Shown: positions 47,856-57,933, counted from the first letter of the stretch. The stretch: 64,000 bases of DNA from Candidatus Micrarchaeota archaeon (GCA_043803815.1 JAZDJR010000031.1:613-64612), one strand, 5' to 3'. Program-made: numbers and translations. The notes: generated by a model from the sequence alone, not told the origin.

Positions 47856-48680
47856 GTGGAACCGGTTCATTTTGTTCTGGATTTTGACGGCGTTTTGACC
47901 GACCGGCATCACCGATTGGATAACCGCACCCTGGAATTATTGTTAAAGCTCGCCAAAAAAGGCCACCGCGTGGATATCGCGTCGGGCCGTTCGATGCGAT
48001 TTTTGAAAAAAAACCTGCTTTTTCCGCTGCAAAAACGCCTGCATTTCAACGTCCCTGTTTTGGACCGTTTTGTGTTTAACGCGGAAAACGGATTGGAAGT
48101 GCTGCGGTTTAAGAACGGAAAAAAGCGCGTGGTGGAAGTTTGGGGCATGGGTGTCGATCCCGCGGAAATGGCCAAGCTGCGGGTGATCATTGAAAAAAAG
48201 CGCTTTAGGACATTGACGGATGAAAACGAAAAGCATCACATGCTCTCCTTGTTTGCGTTTCGGGACAAAATGGCGCCGCAGCTTTGGAAAAAAATCCAGC
48301 CTGAAATGGACGAAGCCGAGGCTCTGCTCGTTCCGCTGGTCCAAAAAATTCCGAATACGCAGTTGCGCCGCGGAGAATATTACCTGGACGTGGTAAACCA
48401 GCGCGCGGAAAAGCATTTTGTCGGCGTTCGCATCATCGCCGAAGAACAAAAAGAAGCGTCGTATGTGATTGTCGGGGACTCCCCGTCGGATTTATTGCTG
48501 GCGCAGCCGTTTAACTCGCGCAAAAAAAAGTACCGGTTTTTTTTTGTCGGCGACCCGGCGAAACTTTCGCCGAAAACAATCCGAAAAATCGCGGGCCTTC
48601 GCCCTCCCGCGGTCCGGTTTTCAAAAGAGCGGTATAACGATGGCACGCGCCGCATACTGGAATCGTTTTTGAAAAAATAA
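47856..48680 (+). CDS. HAD-superfamily hydrolase
   Basis: VLDFDGVLT motif I. Confidence 0.55.
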   Translation: MEPVHFVLDFDGVLTDRHHRLDNRTLELLLKLAKKGHRVDIASGRSMRFLKKNLLFPLQKRLHFNVPVLDRFVFNAENGLEVLRFKNGKKRVVEVWGMGVDPAEMAKLRVIIEKKRFRTLTDENEKHHMLSLFAFRDKMAPQLWKKIQPEMDEAEALLVPLVQKIPNTQLRRGEYYLDVVNQRAEKHFVGVRIIAEEQKEASYVIVGDSPSDLLLAQPFNSRKKKYRFFFVGDPAKLSPKTIRKIAGLRPPAVRFSKERYNDGTRRILESFLKK

Positions 48681-48693
48681 CCCGATTGTATCG

Positions 48694-49026
48694 GTGGCCG
48701 AACGGCCGAAATCTTTAAGTAAGGAATGTATTACTATTCTTACCGGTGATGGCGTGGCGATTGGAACTTCGCGGATTACATCCAAGGGGCAATTGACGAT
48801 TCCGCAGGAAATGCGCAAGCGCAAAGGATTGGCCGCCGGGACGGATGTGGTTCTTTTGGAAACCCAAGAAGGCGTTTTGGTCAAAAGAGCGGTTGATTTT
48901 GAGGATTTGGTAAGGCCTTTTAGGGAAATGGCTAAAAATGCCAAGTTGACAAGATCCGAAGTCCGGCGTTTGGTGATTGACGAAAAAAAACGCACGGTTA
49001 AGCGCCTCGGTATTGATAAGTTGTAA
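48694..49026 (+). CDS. AbrB/MazE/SpoVT-domain antitoxin
   Basis: SKGQLTIPQEMRKRKGLAAGTDVVL swapped-hairpin motif. Its TAA stop overlaps the ATG of the PIN gene (TAATG). Confidence 0.6.
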   Translation: MAERPKSLSKECITILTGDGVAIGTSRITSKGQLTIPQEMRKRKGLAAGTDVVLLETQEGVLVKRAVDFEDLVRPFREMAKNAKLTRSEVRRLVIDEKKRTVKRLGIDKL

Positions 49027-49445
49027 TGCGCATCTTGATTGACACAAACATTTTGTTGTCGGGACTGTTTTTTTCAGGAAACGAGTCGCGTTTGTTGGAC
49101 TTGGCGTTGTCAGAAAAAATCGAACTGCTCCTATTGGAAGATGTTTTAATCGAAACCAAAAACGTTATTGAACGAAAAAAAGATTTTTTTCAACGTTCGG
49201 AAATTCCTTTGTCTTTGCTTGATTTGATTCAAAACCGTTCGGTTTTTGTCCGCCGGCCAGCCTATTCGCATTTGTTTTTAAAAGCAAAATCCCTTATTCG
49301 CGATGACAAGGACGTTGCGGTGCTCGCTGGAGTCCTGGCGGTTCCGCACGATTATTTTGTTTCGGGCGACAAGGATTTTGCCGCGCCGAACCTGCCGACG
49401 CACGTTTCGGTGAAAGAATTGCTTTCCAAAATCAAAACCGGCTAA
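49026..49445 (+). CDS. PIN-domain toxin (VapC-like)
   Basis: MRILIDTNILLSGLFF N-terminus. Conserved acidic residues (LLLEDVLIETK, VSGDKDF). Confidence 0.65.
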   Translation: MRILIDTNILLSGLFFSGNESRLLDLALSEKIELLLLEDVLIETKNVIERKKDFFQRSEIPLSLLDLIQNRSVFVRRPAYSHLFLKAKSLIRDDKDVAVLAGVLAVPHDYFVSGDKDFAAPNLPTHVSVKELLSKIKTG

Positions 49446-50011
49446 AGCAGGTATCCGAGCTTTTTTTTGAGTTCGAATTCGGGCTTGTTGTATCGGGTTA
49501 TTTTGATTTTGAGTTTGGGGCGCTCCGTTATTTCGAATCCCGCTTTTTCCAGCCGTGCTATTTTGGCGGGATTGGCGCTGACTAGTTTTATCTTTTTGTT
49601 AACGTTTAGGTCATGCAGAGCTTCGGCTCCGGCGTCAAAGGTCCGCGTATCCGCTTTGAGGTTGAGTTTTTCGTAAGCTGCCGCAGAATCGATTTTGTGC
49701 TGGCGTTCGAGTTCCATCGCTTTGATTTTGTTTTCCATTCCTTGGTCGCGTCCTTCGTCAAAACTGTATACGATGACGCCAGATTTGTTTTTTTTGATGA
49801 GTTTTAGGGTTTGTTCGAGCTGTTCGCGGCAATCGCAGTGCCGTGAACCGAATGCTTCGGAAAAAAGGCAGGCGGAATGGATTCGAACGACAGGAATCTT
49901 GTTTTTGAGGTCCCCAAACGAAAAAGAAACGCATTTTCCCGTTTTTATTTTGTGGTAAAAAACGTCGAACTCGTCTTGTTTGAGGCGTAACTTGGTTTTG
50001 GCCGTAATCAT
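49442..50011 (-). CDS. ribA: GTP cyclohydrolase II (RibA-like)
   Basis: RIHSACLFSEAFGSRHCDCREQL zinc/active-site motif. 189 aa. Confidence 0.75.
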   Translation of the reverse strand: MITAKTKLRLKQDEFDVFYHKIKTGKCVSFSFGDLKNKIPVVRIHSACLFSEAFGSRHCDCREQLEQTLKLIKKNKSGVIVYSFDEGRDQGMENKIKAMELERQHKIDSAAAYEKLNLKADTRTFDAGAEALHDLNVNKKIKLVSANPAKIARLEKAGFEITERPKLKIKITRYNKPEFELKKKLGYLL

Positions 50012-50018
50012 ACTTTTT

Positions 50019-51260
50019 TCACATCGCGTTGAGCATGATGCGCCCTTCGGAAAACGAGAACTGGGTTTTGTCGGCCTGGATGGTTTTTTTGGTTTTGTTG
50101 TCGTAGTATTCGATGAGCTCTTTTTCCTGGAAAACGTTTTGGATTTTGCCGAGCCATCGGCCGTCGCGGCTGTATACCGGCAGGCCCACGAGCATTTTGG
50201 TTATTTTTTTGCGGATATCCAAAGAGCCCGCCGCGCGGAATGCGAGCAGGAAAATGACAAAGCTGGCCAAAATGTTGGCTAAAAACCAGTTAAGGTCGGC
50301 TTGCTTGAGAAACACGTCGGTTCCGGCATCCAGGATTATCCAGAACAAAAAAAACGAAATCGCGTACAAAAAATATTTGGTGATTAAAAACGCTTTTTTC
50401 AGGTGAATGGCGTCAAGGCTTCTCGCCAGCACGAATGCTTCGGCGGTTAAAAACAGCAAAAGGTAGGTGGATTGCAGGGATAATACTCCCGCGGTGAGGG
50501 CGTCGCGGTTAACGTCGGAATTCGTGTTAATCGTGAATGAATTGTAAAGCGTAATGACCGCGAAAACAAGAATAAAAAAACTCGCGAGGTAAAGCGGAAA
50601 GCTGGTGCGCTGGATGGAAATGCTTTTGCGCAAATCGTAAAACCCGCCGGCCAAAAATTCCTCAATTCCGAATCCCTTCAAAATAAGGTAGACTCCGATG
50701 ACCAAAGAAACGATTTGCAGGCTGACGCTTCCGATTAAAAAAAACAGCAGAAAAATGATTCCCGGGATTCCGAATACGAGCCGCGCGATGAACGGGTCTT
50801 TGATGGCTTCGCGAATCGTGTAAAACGTGCTTTCCACGGGCTGTGATTGCTTGATGATGACGGCTTGTTTGGAAATGATGCGCAGGCGGCTTTGGATAAT
50901 GGGAATGACCTGGTCGTCTTCGGCGCCGTCGGTGACTAAAACACAGGCGTCCGCCGGAAACTTTTCAAGGGCAATGTCAAGCTGTTCGCTGACGCGCTTG
51001 TCGGAGGCAAACCCGCTTTTGTCCACTCCGGTGAGCACGCAGACTTCGCAGGAGGCGAATTCGCTTTTGATTTCCTCGAATTTTTTGACTGCTGCAAACA
51101 TGCAGTTGGCGTCGGATTCTTCGGGATCGGCTACCGCGAGTTTGGCGGCCGCGTTTAGAACCGCTTTGGAGCCGATTACAGGCCCCTGAATGGGGGTTTT
51201 GCGCCCCAAATCGTTGTCGCGGTCGACCGCCAATACCAGTACGGAATTCACGTTTTGCAT
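50019..51260 (-). CDS. DUF373-family archaeal membrane protein
   Basis: 413 aa. Soluble N-terminal domain followed by about 7 TM helices and a C-terminal soluble domain. The family name is recalled from memory. Confidence 0.55.
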   Translation of the reverse strand: MQNVNSVLVLAVDRDNDLGRKTPIQGPVIGSKAVLNAAAKLAVADPEESDANCMFAAVKKFEEIKSEFASCEVCVLTGVDKSGFASDKRVSEQLDIALEKFPADACVLVTDGAEDDQVIPIIQSRLRIISKQAVIIKQSQPVESTFYTIREAIKDPFIARLVFGIPGIIFLLFFLIGSVSLQIVSLVIGVYLILKGFGIEEFLAGGFYDLRKSISIQRTSFPLYLASFFILVFAVITLYNSFTINTNSDVNRDALTAGVLSLQSTYLLLFLTAEAFVLARSLDAIHLKKAFLITKYFLYAISFFLFWIILDAGTDVFLKQADLNWFLANILASFVIFLLAFRAAGSLDIRKKITKMLVGLPVYSRDGRWLGKIQNVFQEKELIEYYDNKTKKTIQADKTQFSFSEGRIMLNAM

Positions 51261-51357
51261 GTTTAATCCCTGCTTTATCCGAATAAATAGGATTGGTCTG
51301 ATTAACTATTTAAACATCTTCTTAGCCTGTTATTGATAGCTGTAAACCGGTGATTGT

Positions 51358-52353
51358 GTGGCCAAGCGTTTTGGAAAAACCGAATCGTATAAAATCAAGC
51401 AAATCGTTTTTCTCGGCATTTTGGTCCTGCTATTGGGAATCATTTATTTGGCCTTGTCCAACCAGGAAACCGTAATCCCGCTTATCGGAATGGCGGCGAT
51501 TATTGTGCTGATTTCTTTTTTGGTCATGCAGTACGATTTTTTGCTGACCTTAAAAGAATACGAGCGCGCGGTCATTTACCGGTTCGGCCGAGTTATCCGC
51601 GTTGGGGGCCCTGGCTGGACGCTGATTATTCCGATTATCGAATCGTTTAAGTTCGTCGATTTGCGCACGCAAACCATCGATATTCCGCCGCAGGACGTGA
51701 TTACCAAGGACAAAGTCGTGGTAAAAGTCGATGCCGTGATTTATCTTTTTGTGCGCTCCGACAAGCAGTCCGTAATCAACAGCGTGATTGAAGTCGAGGA
51801 TTATAAGCGTTCGGCAACGTCGTTTGTCGTGGCAACGCTTCGCGATGTAGCGGGCGGCCTGATTCTTGGAGAATTGATTTCCAATATCGGCGAACTGAAC
51901 AAGCGCGTGCAAAAAGAACTGGAAAAAATCGCGGACTCCTGGGGCGTGACTGTCGAAGCCGTGCAGATTACCGAAATTATCATTCCAAAAGAACTGGAAG
52001 AAGCCTTGACGCGCCAAAAAACCGCGGAACAGGAGCGGTTAATCCGCACCGAGCTTGCGGAAGCGCATCGCGTGGAAATCGAAGCCGTGCGCTCCGCGGC
52101 CGAACAATTGTCCGACAAGGCTTTGGCATATTATTATATCCGCGCATTGGAAAAACTGGGCGAAGGAAAATCAACCAAGTTTATTTTCCCCATGGAGCTG
52201 ACCAAGCTGGCGTCGCAAATCGGCTCGGCTTTGAACAAAGGCGCTTCCGAAGGCGAACTCGAGCCCTTGTTCAAAAAATACCTGCCCGCGGTGCAGGCCA
52301 TTGTTTCGGAAACCGAAAAGAAAAACGCGAAAAAAACCGAAGCCTCGCACTAA
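51358..52353 (+). CDS. SPFH/band-7 (stomatin/prohibitin-like) membrane protein
   Basis: N-terminal TM hairpin. SPFH core (AVIYRFGRVIRVGGPGWTLIIPIIES...RTQTIDIPPQDVITKD). Coiled-coil C-terminus. Confidence 0.85.
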   Translation: MAKRFGKTESYKIKQIVFLGILVLLLGIIYLALSNQETVIPLIGMAAIIVLISFLVMQYDFLLTLKEYERAVIYRFGRVIRVGGPGWTLIIPIIESFKFVDLRTQTIDIPPQDVITKDKVVVKVDAVIYLFVRSDKQSVINSVIEVEDYKRSATSFVVATLRDVAGGLILGELISNIGELNKRVQKELEKIADSWGVTVEAVQITEIIIPKELEEALTRQKTAEQERLIRTELAEAHRVEIEAVRSAAEQLSDKALAYYYIRALEKLGEGKSTKFIFPMELTKLASQIGSALNKGASEGELEPLFKKYLPAVQAIVSETEKKNAKKTEASH

Positions 52354-52424
52354 TCAAATTCTTTTTTTATTTTCAAATCGCGATTTTAAAATTTCGGATT
52401 TATTTTTTAATGATTAAATTCTTT

Positions 52425-53270
52425 TTACGGGTTGAGCAATAATGCGGCTTCCAGCAGGGCCGCAAAGAACAGCAAAACGACCGCGGCAACGACCATTACA
52501 AAGACGTCCTTGGAAATCGTTTTCCATTCGTCGGTCAGGTGTTTTTTTCTGGCAACGGCAACGCTGATGATTCCACCGGCTATAGCGCCGATAAAATAAG
52601 CCATGATTTCAGGCAGGCCGTGGGGCAATAATCCGACCGCGGTTCCCAGGGCGGGCAGAAAACTGTTGCTGAGGAATTCGTGGCCCAGCACTACGCCGAT
52701 GACACTCGCGTTCCACGCGACCAAAAAAATCGCGCCGGCCCCAAAAAAAAACGAGAGTACCAGGCTCCAGCCGAGCACGATGGCGTTGTTGGCAAAAATG
52801 CAGTCCAAGGCCAACGGCCAGAATTCGGAACTGCCGCAATTGTTAAGAATGTTTTGCGTGGTTCCTGTGGCATTGCCGCGCAATCCGGAAATCTGCTGCC
52901 AGGTTTTTTCCTGTTCGCGAAACGCGTTTTCCTGGCCGGTGCCGTGCAGGCTGACATACCAGAACGAAAAAGCCAGAATGAATCCGATGAACAAAAACGC
53001 GTAAATTTTGATTAAATGAAAGTGGCGGCCGAAAAAGGTGAGCGGATTTTTGGGTTTTTGGGCTTCGACTCTTTCCTCGTGGCTGAGCACGCGGTAAAGC
53101 AGGGGAACTGTTCCGATAGTAATTAAGGCGATAGTCAAAATGCTGGCGTATTCCGCAAACGTGGCCAGGCTGACCGCGATGGAGACCGAAGTAATAATGA
53201 TGCCGTATAGCACCATGGCCAAAGGGTGATGCAGGGCAAACCGGCTTTGAAGGACTGATTCGAGGACCAC
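52425..53270 (-). CDS. Polytopic membrane protein (SpoIIM/DUF95-like)
   Basis: 281 aa, 6-7 TM helices. Confidence 0.45.
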   Translation of the reverse strand: MVLESVLQSRFALHHPLAMVLYGIIITSVSIAVSLATFAEYASILTIALITIGTVPLLYRVLSHEERVEAQKPKNPLTFFGRHFHLIKIYAFLFIGFILAFSFWYVSLHGTGQENAFREQEKTWQQISGLRGNATGTTQNILNNCGSSEFWPLALDCIFANNAIVLGWSLVLSFFFGAGAIFLVAWNASVIGVVLGHEFLSNSFLPALGTAVGLLPHGLPEIMAYFIGAIAGGIISVAVARKKHLTDEWKTISKDVFVMVVAAVVLLFFAALLEAALLLNP

Positions 53271-53371
53271 GTTTCCACCTGTTTTTTAATGTTTTCTTTT
53301 GCTTTAATGTATTATCGCAGAGTATATTAAATAAACAAGGTTTTGAGTTCTATTTTGTTTTTAGGTATTTT

Positions 53372-53959
53372 TTGATTGGTATGAAAGCCAAAGTTTCCAA
53401 AAAGCAGGTTGTTTTTCCCGGTTCGGTTTTGTGCGCGGAAGAAGAATTTGAAGCCGGTTCCAATACCGCGGTGCTGTCCACCGGAGACGTGGTGGCAACA
53501 ATGGTCGGGGAAACGGAATTGGATTCCGGCCGGCACACAGCTTCGGTTAAAGCAACTACCCGGCAGGTGATTCCCTTGGAGCGGGGCGCGATTGTCAACG
53601 GAAAAGTCGTTTTGGTCAAGGATAACGTGGCCGTGGTTGAAATCAAGTCCGCGGAAAAAAACGGCTGCACGTGCGCGATTTCGAATGTTACCGCCGCGAT
53701 TCCGGTTTCGCAAATCGAGCGCGGCTTTGCCAAGACCACCAAGGATTATTTTAAGGTCGGCGATTTGGTAAAAGCCGAAGTCGGCCTGATAGCTGCGTAT
53801 GGAATCGATTTGGTCACCCAGGCTCCCGAATACGGCGTGGTCAAGGCGTTTTGCGAAAAATGCCGCAATCCCGTCCGCTTAATCGGCGAAGAACTGCGGT
53901 GCACGAATTGCGGGTTCAAGCTGTTCCGCAAAACCTCGACGGATTACTGGCTCAAATAA
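53372..53959 (+). CDS. csl4: Exosome RNA-binding subunit Csl4 (S1 domain plus C4 zinc ribbon)
   Basis: S1 core and C-terminal CEKCRNPV...CTNCG zinc ribbon. Adjacent to rpoL, as in many archaea. Confidence 0.75.
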   Translation: MIGMKAKVSKKQVVFPGSVLCAEEEFEAGSNTAVLSTGDVVATMVGETELDSGRHTASVKATTRQVIPLERGAIVNGKVVLVKDNVAVVEIKSAEKNGCTCAISNVTAAIPVSQIERGFAKTTKDYFKVGDLVKAEVGLIAAYGIDLVTQAPEYGVVKAFCEKCRNPVRLIGEELRCTNCGFKLFRKTSTDYWLK

Positions 53960-54008
53960 AGTATAAATCGGGGTATTTTTGTTTTTGATTGGAAAAGGAG
54001 TTGAAAAA

Positions 54009-54284
54009 ATGGAATTGGTGGCCATCAAAAAAGAAGCGCACGAAATGGAGTTTTTAATCAGGGGAAACCGTCACACGTTTCCGTCCCTTTTGCGGGACCG
54101 ATTATTGCAGGATTCCGCGGTAACGTTTGCCGCGTACAAATTGAATCATCCGATGGATCCCGATTGCCGGTTTATCGTCAAGACCAAGGGAAAAACCGCG
54201 GAAAAGGCGCTTATGGACGCGTGCAAGCAAATCGAAGCCGATTTGGATTCGTTTGAAAAAAGCCTGCAAAAAACCATGAAATAA
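54009..54284 (+). CDS. rpoL: DNA-directed RNA polymerase subunit L (Rpb11 homologue)
   Basis: MELVAIKKEAHEMEFLIRGNRHTFPSLLRDRLLQDSAVTFAAYKLNHP: RpoL/Rpb11 dimerisation fold. Confidence 0.8.
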   Translation: MELVAIKKEAHEMEFLIRGNRHTFPSLLRDRLLQDSAVTFAAYKLNHPMDPDCRFIVKTKGKTAEKALMDACKQIEADLDSFEKSLQKTMK

Positions 54285-54379
54285 ACCCGCTGCAGGTTTT
54301 TTTTGATTTGGGGTTGGTTTTGATTCGATTGGCATTGCTTTTTTTTAATGCTTGTTTTCTAATTGCATAGCCTGTTTTT

Positions 54380-55162
54380 TTGCGGTGGTTGATTTTGAGA
54401 ACAAACGATTCGGAATACGGCGGATTTTGGAAAGCGGCAAGGCAAAAGACCCGCTGGATTGACCCGTTTACCTATTCGGACCTTTTGCTTAAAAAAATCA
54501 ATCCCGAAGACCAATGGTTTATTCGCTTTCCCGTGGAACTGGTTACCGCCTTGCTTTCGGCTTTTGTATTGTATTCCATAATCGGTTTTGTGCTGCAAAC
54601 TGCAATGCCGCTGGTGATTGTGGTGTCGGGCAGCATGGAGCCCGCGCTTCATCGCGGCGATGTCGTTGTGCTGCAAGGCGTCGGAAACTCGCTGAAAGCC
54701 CAGCCGGTTGTTGTTCCGTTTGAACTCGCTGACCGCGCTTTTGCCGGATTCGGGTCCACCAGCTATTTTTTGAATGCCCAAAACCGGCCCGAGTTGTTTG
54801 CCGTAAAAATAGCCGACCAGAATATTCGCTTTGACAAAACCGGCGATATTGTCGTGTATTTTTCGCGGTTTAACGGAGAACCCATTATTCACCGCGCCGT
54901 ATTGTTAATCCGCGCCAAGGACGGCGATTTTGTATTGACCAAGGGCGACTCGGTTCATAATTTGACGTTTGACGAGGACTGCGGAATCGTGATAGCCGGA
55001 GTTCCCCAAAAGCCCTGCATTACGCCTTTTCCAGTTCCGGTCGCCCAATTGCAAGGAAAAGCGGTCGGCTGGATTCCATGGATCGGCTATATCAAGCTGA
55101 TTTTGGTGGATGATTCGCGCGAACTTTTGGCAGGCTGCCCTAACGGCTGCCGGTTTCCGTGA
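54380..55162 (+). CDS. Signal peptidase I, archaeal/ER type (Sec11-like, S26B)
   Basis: VSGSMEP catalytic Ser box. Conserved His in PIIHRA. Confidence 0.8.
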   Translation: MRWLILRTNDSEYGGFWKAARQKTRWIDPFTYSDLLLKKINPEDQWFIRFPVELVTALLSAFVLYSIIGFVLQTAMPLVIVVSGSMEPALHRGDVVVLQGVGNSLKAQPVVVPFELADRAFAGFGSTSYFLNAQNRPELFAVKIADQNIRFDKTGDIVVYFSRFNGEPIIHRAVLLIRAKDGDFVLTKGDSVHNLTFDEDCGIVIAGVPQKPCITPFPVPVAQLQGKAVGWIPWIGYIKLILVDDSRELLAGCPNGCRFP

Positions 55163-55237
55163 AACCGCGGTCTTTTTTTAAACGTTTGGACATGAATTTG
55201 GTTAGCGCTTTTTTGGAAAAAAAGATTACAGCTACGG

Positions 55238-55996
55238 GTGATTGAAATGGTCAAATTGGTTTTGGATAATGCCGGCGATTTTAAGCGTTCGATTGACGGA
55301 ATTTCGGTTTTGATTGACGAAGCCGAATTTGTCATTTCGCAAAGTGGCCTGGCACTGAAGGCCACCGACCCGAGCCAGATTTCAATGGTTGATTTTGCCG
55401 TGCCCGCCAAATCGTTCAAAAAATTCGAAGTGGAAGGAACCGCCAAAATCGGAATCGATTTGGATTATTTCGGCCAGATTATGGCGCGCGCAAAACCGGC
55501 GGACGAATTGACTTTGGAACTGGACGAGCAGAATTCGCGCCTCAAAGTTTTGCTCAAAGGCGCTTCCGACCGCAATTTTGTCGTTCCCTTGATTGATGTT
55601 TCTTCAAGCGAATTGCCGACTCCAAAAATCGAGTTTGACGCGGAAGTAAAATTGCATAGCGGCTTGTTGTCGGACGGCCTAAAGGACGCTTCCTTAATCA
55701 GCACGCATATTGTTTTGGCGGTCAAAGACGACGCGTTTTGGCTTAAAGCCAATTCAAGCAAAGGCGAACTGAACCACAAAACAACAAAATCGGCTTCCGG
55801 CGTGCTGGACCTGAAATCCAAAAAGGACTGCCAGGCCATGTTTCCCCTGGATTTTTTGTCGGACATGCTTAAGGCGTCGTCAAGCGAAACGATTGTGGGT
55901 GTTTCGTTAAAAGCAAACGCGCCGGTGCGCCTGTCCTATGCGGTCGGCCCTGCCAGCCTCACGTATTTTTTGGCGCCGCGAATCGAAAGCGACTAA
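55238..55996 (+). CDS. pcn: PCNA sliding clamp
   Basis: 252 aa. Two-domain PCNA pattern (MVKLVLDNAGDFKRSIDGISVLIDEAEFVISQSGLAL...). Confidence 0.85.
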   Translation: MIEMVKLVLDNAGDFKRSIDGISVLIDEAEFVISQSGLALKATDPSQISMVDFAVPAKSFKKFEVEGTAKIGIDLDYFGQIMARAKPADELTLELDEQNSRLKVLLKGASDRNFVVPLIDVSSSELPTPKIEFDAEVKLHSGLLSDGLKDASLISTHIVLAVKDDAFWLKANSSKGELNHKTTKSASGVLDLKSKKDCQAMFPLDFLSDMLKASSSETIVGVSLKANAPVRLSYAVGPASLTYFLAPRIESD

Positions 55997-56016
55997 AAAA
56001 GATCGGGCGATAAAAA

Positions 56017-56919
56017 ATGCCGTCAGTCCAATCGGTTTTGAAATGGGCGGGCGTAGCGTTGTGTTCGTTGTTGCTTTTGGTTTCTCTTGTCGGGCTGGGT
56101 TTTGTTTTTCCGGTTAACGACGCGGCTTCCGATTCCGCGTTTTGGAAATCCGCAATCCAAAAAGCTGACCTGTATTCGCTGGCCAAAAACCAGCTGGTAA
56201 ACCAGATGGTCAATTCCCCAAATTTTCTCCTGTCCGTTGAAAAACAGCGGCAGATGGTTGAATCGGCTTTTTCGCGGCCCTGGTTTGAAGCCCAGACCGA
56301 TTTGCTTTTGGACAAGTATTTTGATTTTATCAATCAAAAAACCGATTCTTTTAAACTGGAAATTTCGCTGGCGGAACCCAAAGCCAAACTGGTTTCCGAA
56401 ATTAAAAATTTGGGTGCGGGGCAGGGCTTGCCGGCGGATATTTCAGGCATTGTGGCAGGCCAAATTCCCGATTCTTTTGATTTGGCATCGCAGGTTGAAC
56501 AGTCCGGTTCCCAAACTCCGTGGGTTTTGCATCGTCAAGCAGTTGTTTTGGCAAATCAGATGGTTTGGGTTTTTGTTTTTTCGGCATTGATTTGGGTTGC
56601 ACTAATCGGACTGCTGCTGAAAAATCGCCGGGCTTTTGCGGTCATTGGAACGGTTTTTTTGCTTGCGGGAACCTTGGTTTTGGTCGTTACTCAAGTTGTT
56701 TTTTCTTTTTCCAAAAACGCGTTTTTTTCGGATGCCAATCAATCCGAATTGCATTCTTTGGTTCAGCCATTGTTTCAAGGCGTGATGGAAGAGTTTTCCC
56801 AAAAAACCTTTTTTTGGGCGGAACTCTGGATCGGTTTGGGGCTGCTTTGCTGGATTATTTTTATACTTTTAAAAATCAGGACAGTTAAATCAGCGGTTCC
56901 CCAAAAAGAACTGGCGTGA
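56017..56919 (+). CDS. Hypothetical membrane protein
   Basis: 300 aa. N-terminal TM, extracytoplasmic domain, C-terminal TM helices. Confidence 0.5.
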   Translation: MPSVQSVLKWAGVALCSLLLLVSLVGLGFVFPVNDAASDSAFWKSAIQKADLYSLAKNQLVNQMVNSPNFLLSVEKQRQMVESAFSRPWFEAQTDLLLDKYFDFINQKTDSFKLEISLAEPKAKLVSEIKNLGAGQGLPADISGIVAGQIPDSFDLASQVEQSGSQTPWVLHRQAVVLANQMVWVFVFSALIWVALIGLLLKNRRAFAVIGTVFLLAGTLVLVVTQVVFSFSKNAFFSDANQSELHSLVQPLFQGVMEEFSQKTFFWAELWIGLGLLCWIIFILLKIRTVKSAVPQKELA

Positions 56920-56946
56920 ATGCGGATTTTCAAAAATTACTTTTTT

Positions 56947-57933
56947 TCACAGCCATTTTTTGCTTCGCAGGTAAACCGCAATCCCGACTCCGACAATAAT
57001 CATCAGGCTGAGCACGGCAACGTATCCAAAGGGGTGCGTTAGTTCGGGCATGGTTTGAAAGTTCATGCCGTAAATGCTGGCAATAAAAGTCAACGGCAAA
57101 AAAATCGTGGAAAGCGCGGTGAGTTTTTTCATGATTTCGTTTAGCTTGACGTTTTGTTCGTTCATGCGGTTTGAAATCACGGACAGGTACGCTTCGAACA
57201 GTCCCGCGGTCGTGTCGCGGTAGGATTCCAATTCGTTGTTGATGCGCCACAAGTGGTCGTACACGTCGTTAAAATAAGTGGTTGCGCTTGCGGATACTTG
57301 GGCGAATTCGCGTCGCCCCAGCCGGCGCACCACGTCGCTTTGCGGTCCGATTCCTTTTTTGAGTTTGGAAAACCGTTTTTTCAGGTATAAAACAGTGGAC
57401 ACGATGTTGTTTCCTTTTTCCTGCAATACCTGTTCTTCCAATAAGTCGATATCGCGCGACCATTCTTCCAAAACGCCGAACAAGGAGTCCGTGTTGTAAT
57501 CCAAAATCGCGTGCAAAACAAATTCCGTGCCGTGGCCCAATAATTCGGGGTTGCGTTCAAAGCGCCCTTTGGTGCGGCCGATAAACGGTTCGCTTTCGCG
57601 GTGGATAGTTACGATATAATTGGTCCCTAAAAAAACGTCGAGTTCCTTGAATTTAACGGTTTTTTTTTCGTAAAAAAACCTGTGCACGACAATGAACAAG
57701 TGGTCGGTGAACGCGTCGATTTTTGGGGTGGATAATTTGGGGTTTTGGCATTCTTCAACGGACAGCGGGTGAAACGGAAACGCGTCATCCGCGATTTTCC
57801 ATTCTTCCGGCGTTGGGTTTTCCAGGTCTATCCATAAAAACGCGTTTTTTTTGGCCAAAAAATAGTCCATGGCTGTTGCGTCAAATGCAAGGCTTGTTTT
57901 TTCGCCATTTTCCACGGCCAGAATCCAGTTCAT
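56947..57933 (-). CDS. corA: CorA-family Mg2+/Co2+ transporter
   Basis: YGMNF signature preceding two C-terminal TM helices. Confidence 0.85.
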   Translation of the reverse strand: MNWILAVENGEKTSLAFDATAMDYFLAKKNAFLWIDLENPTPEEWKIADDAFPFHPLSVEECQNPKLSTPKIDAFTDHLFIVVHRFFYEKKTVKFKELDVFLGTNYIVTIHRESEPFIGRTKGRFERNPELLGHGTEFVLHAILDYNTDSLFGVLEEWSRDIDLLEEQVLQEKGNNIVSTVLYLKKRFSKLKKGIGPQSDVVRRLGRREFAQVSASATTYFNDVYDHLWRINNELESYRDTTAGLFEAYLSVISNRMNEQNVKLNEIMKKLTALSTIFLPLTFIASIYGMNFQTMPELTHPFGYVAVLSLMIIVGVGIAVYLRSKKWL

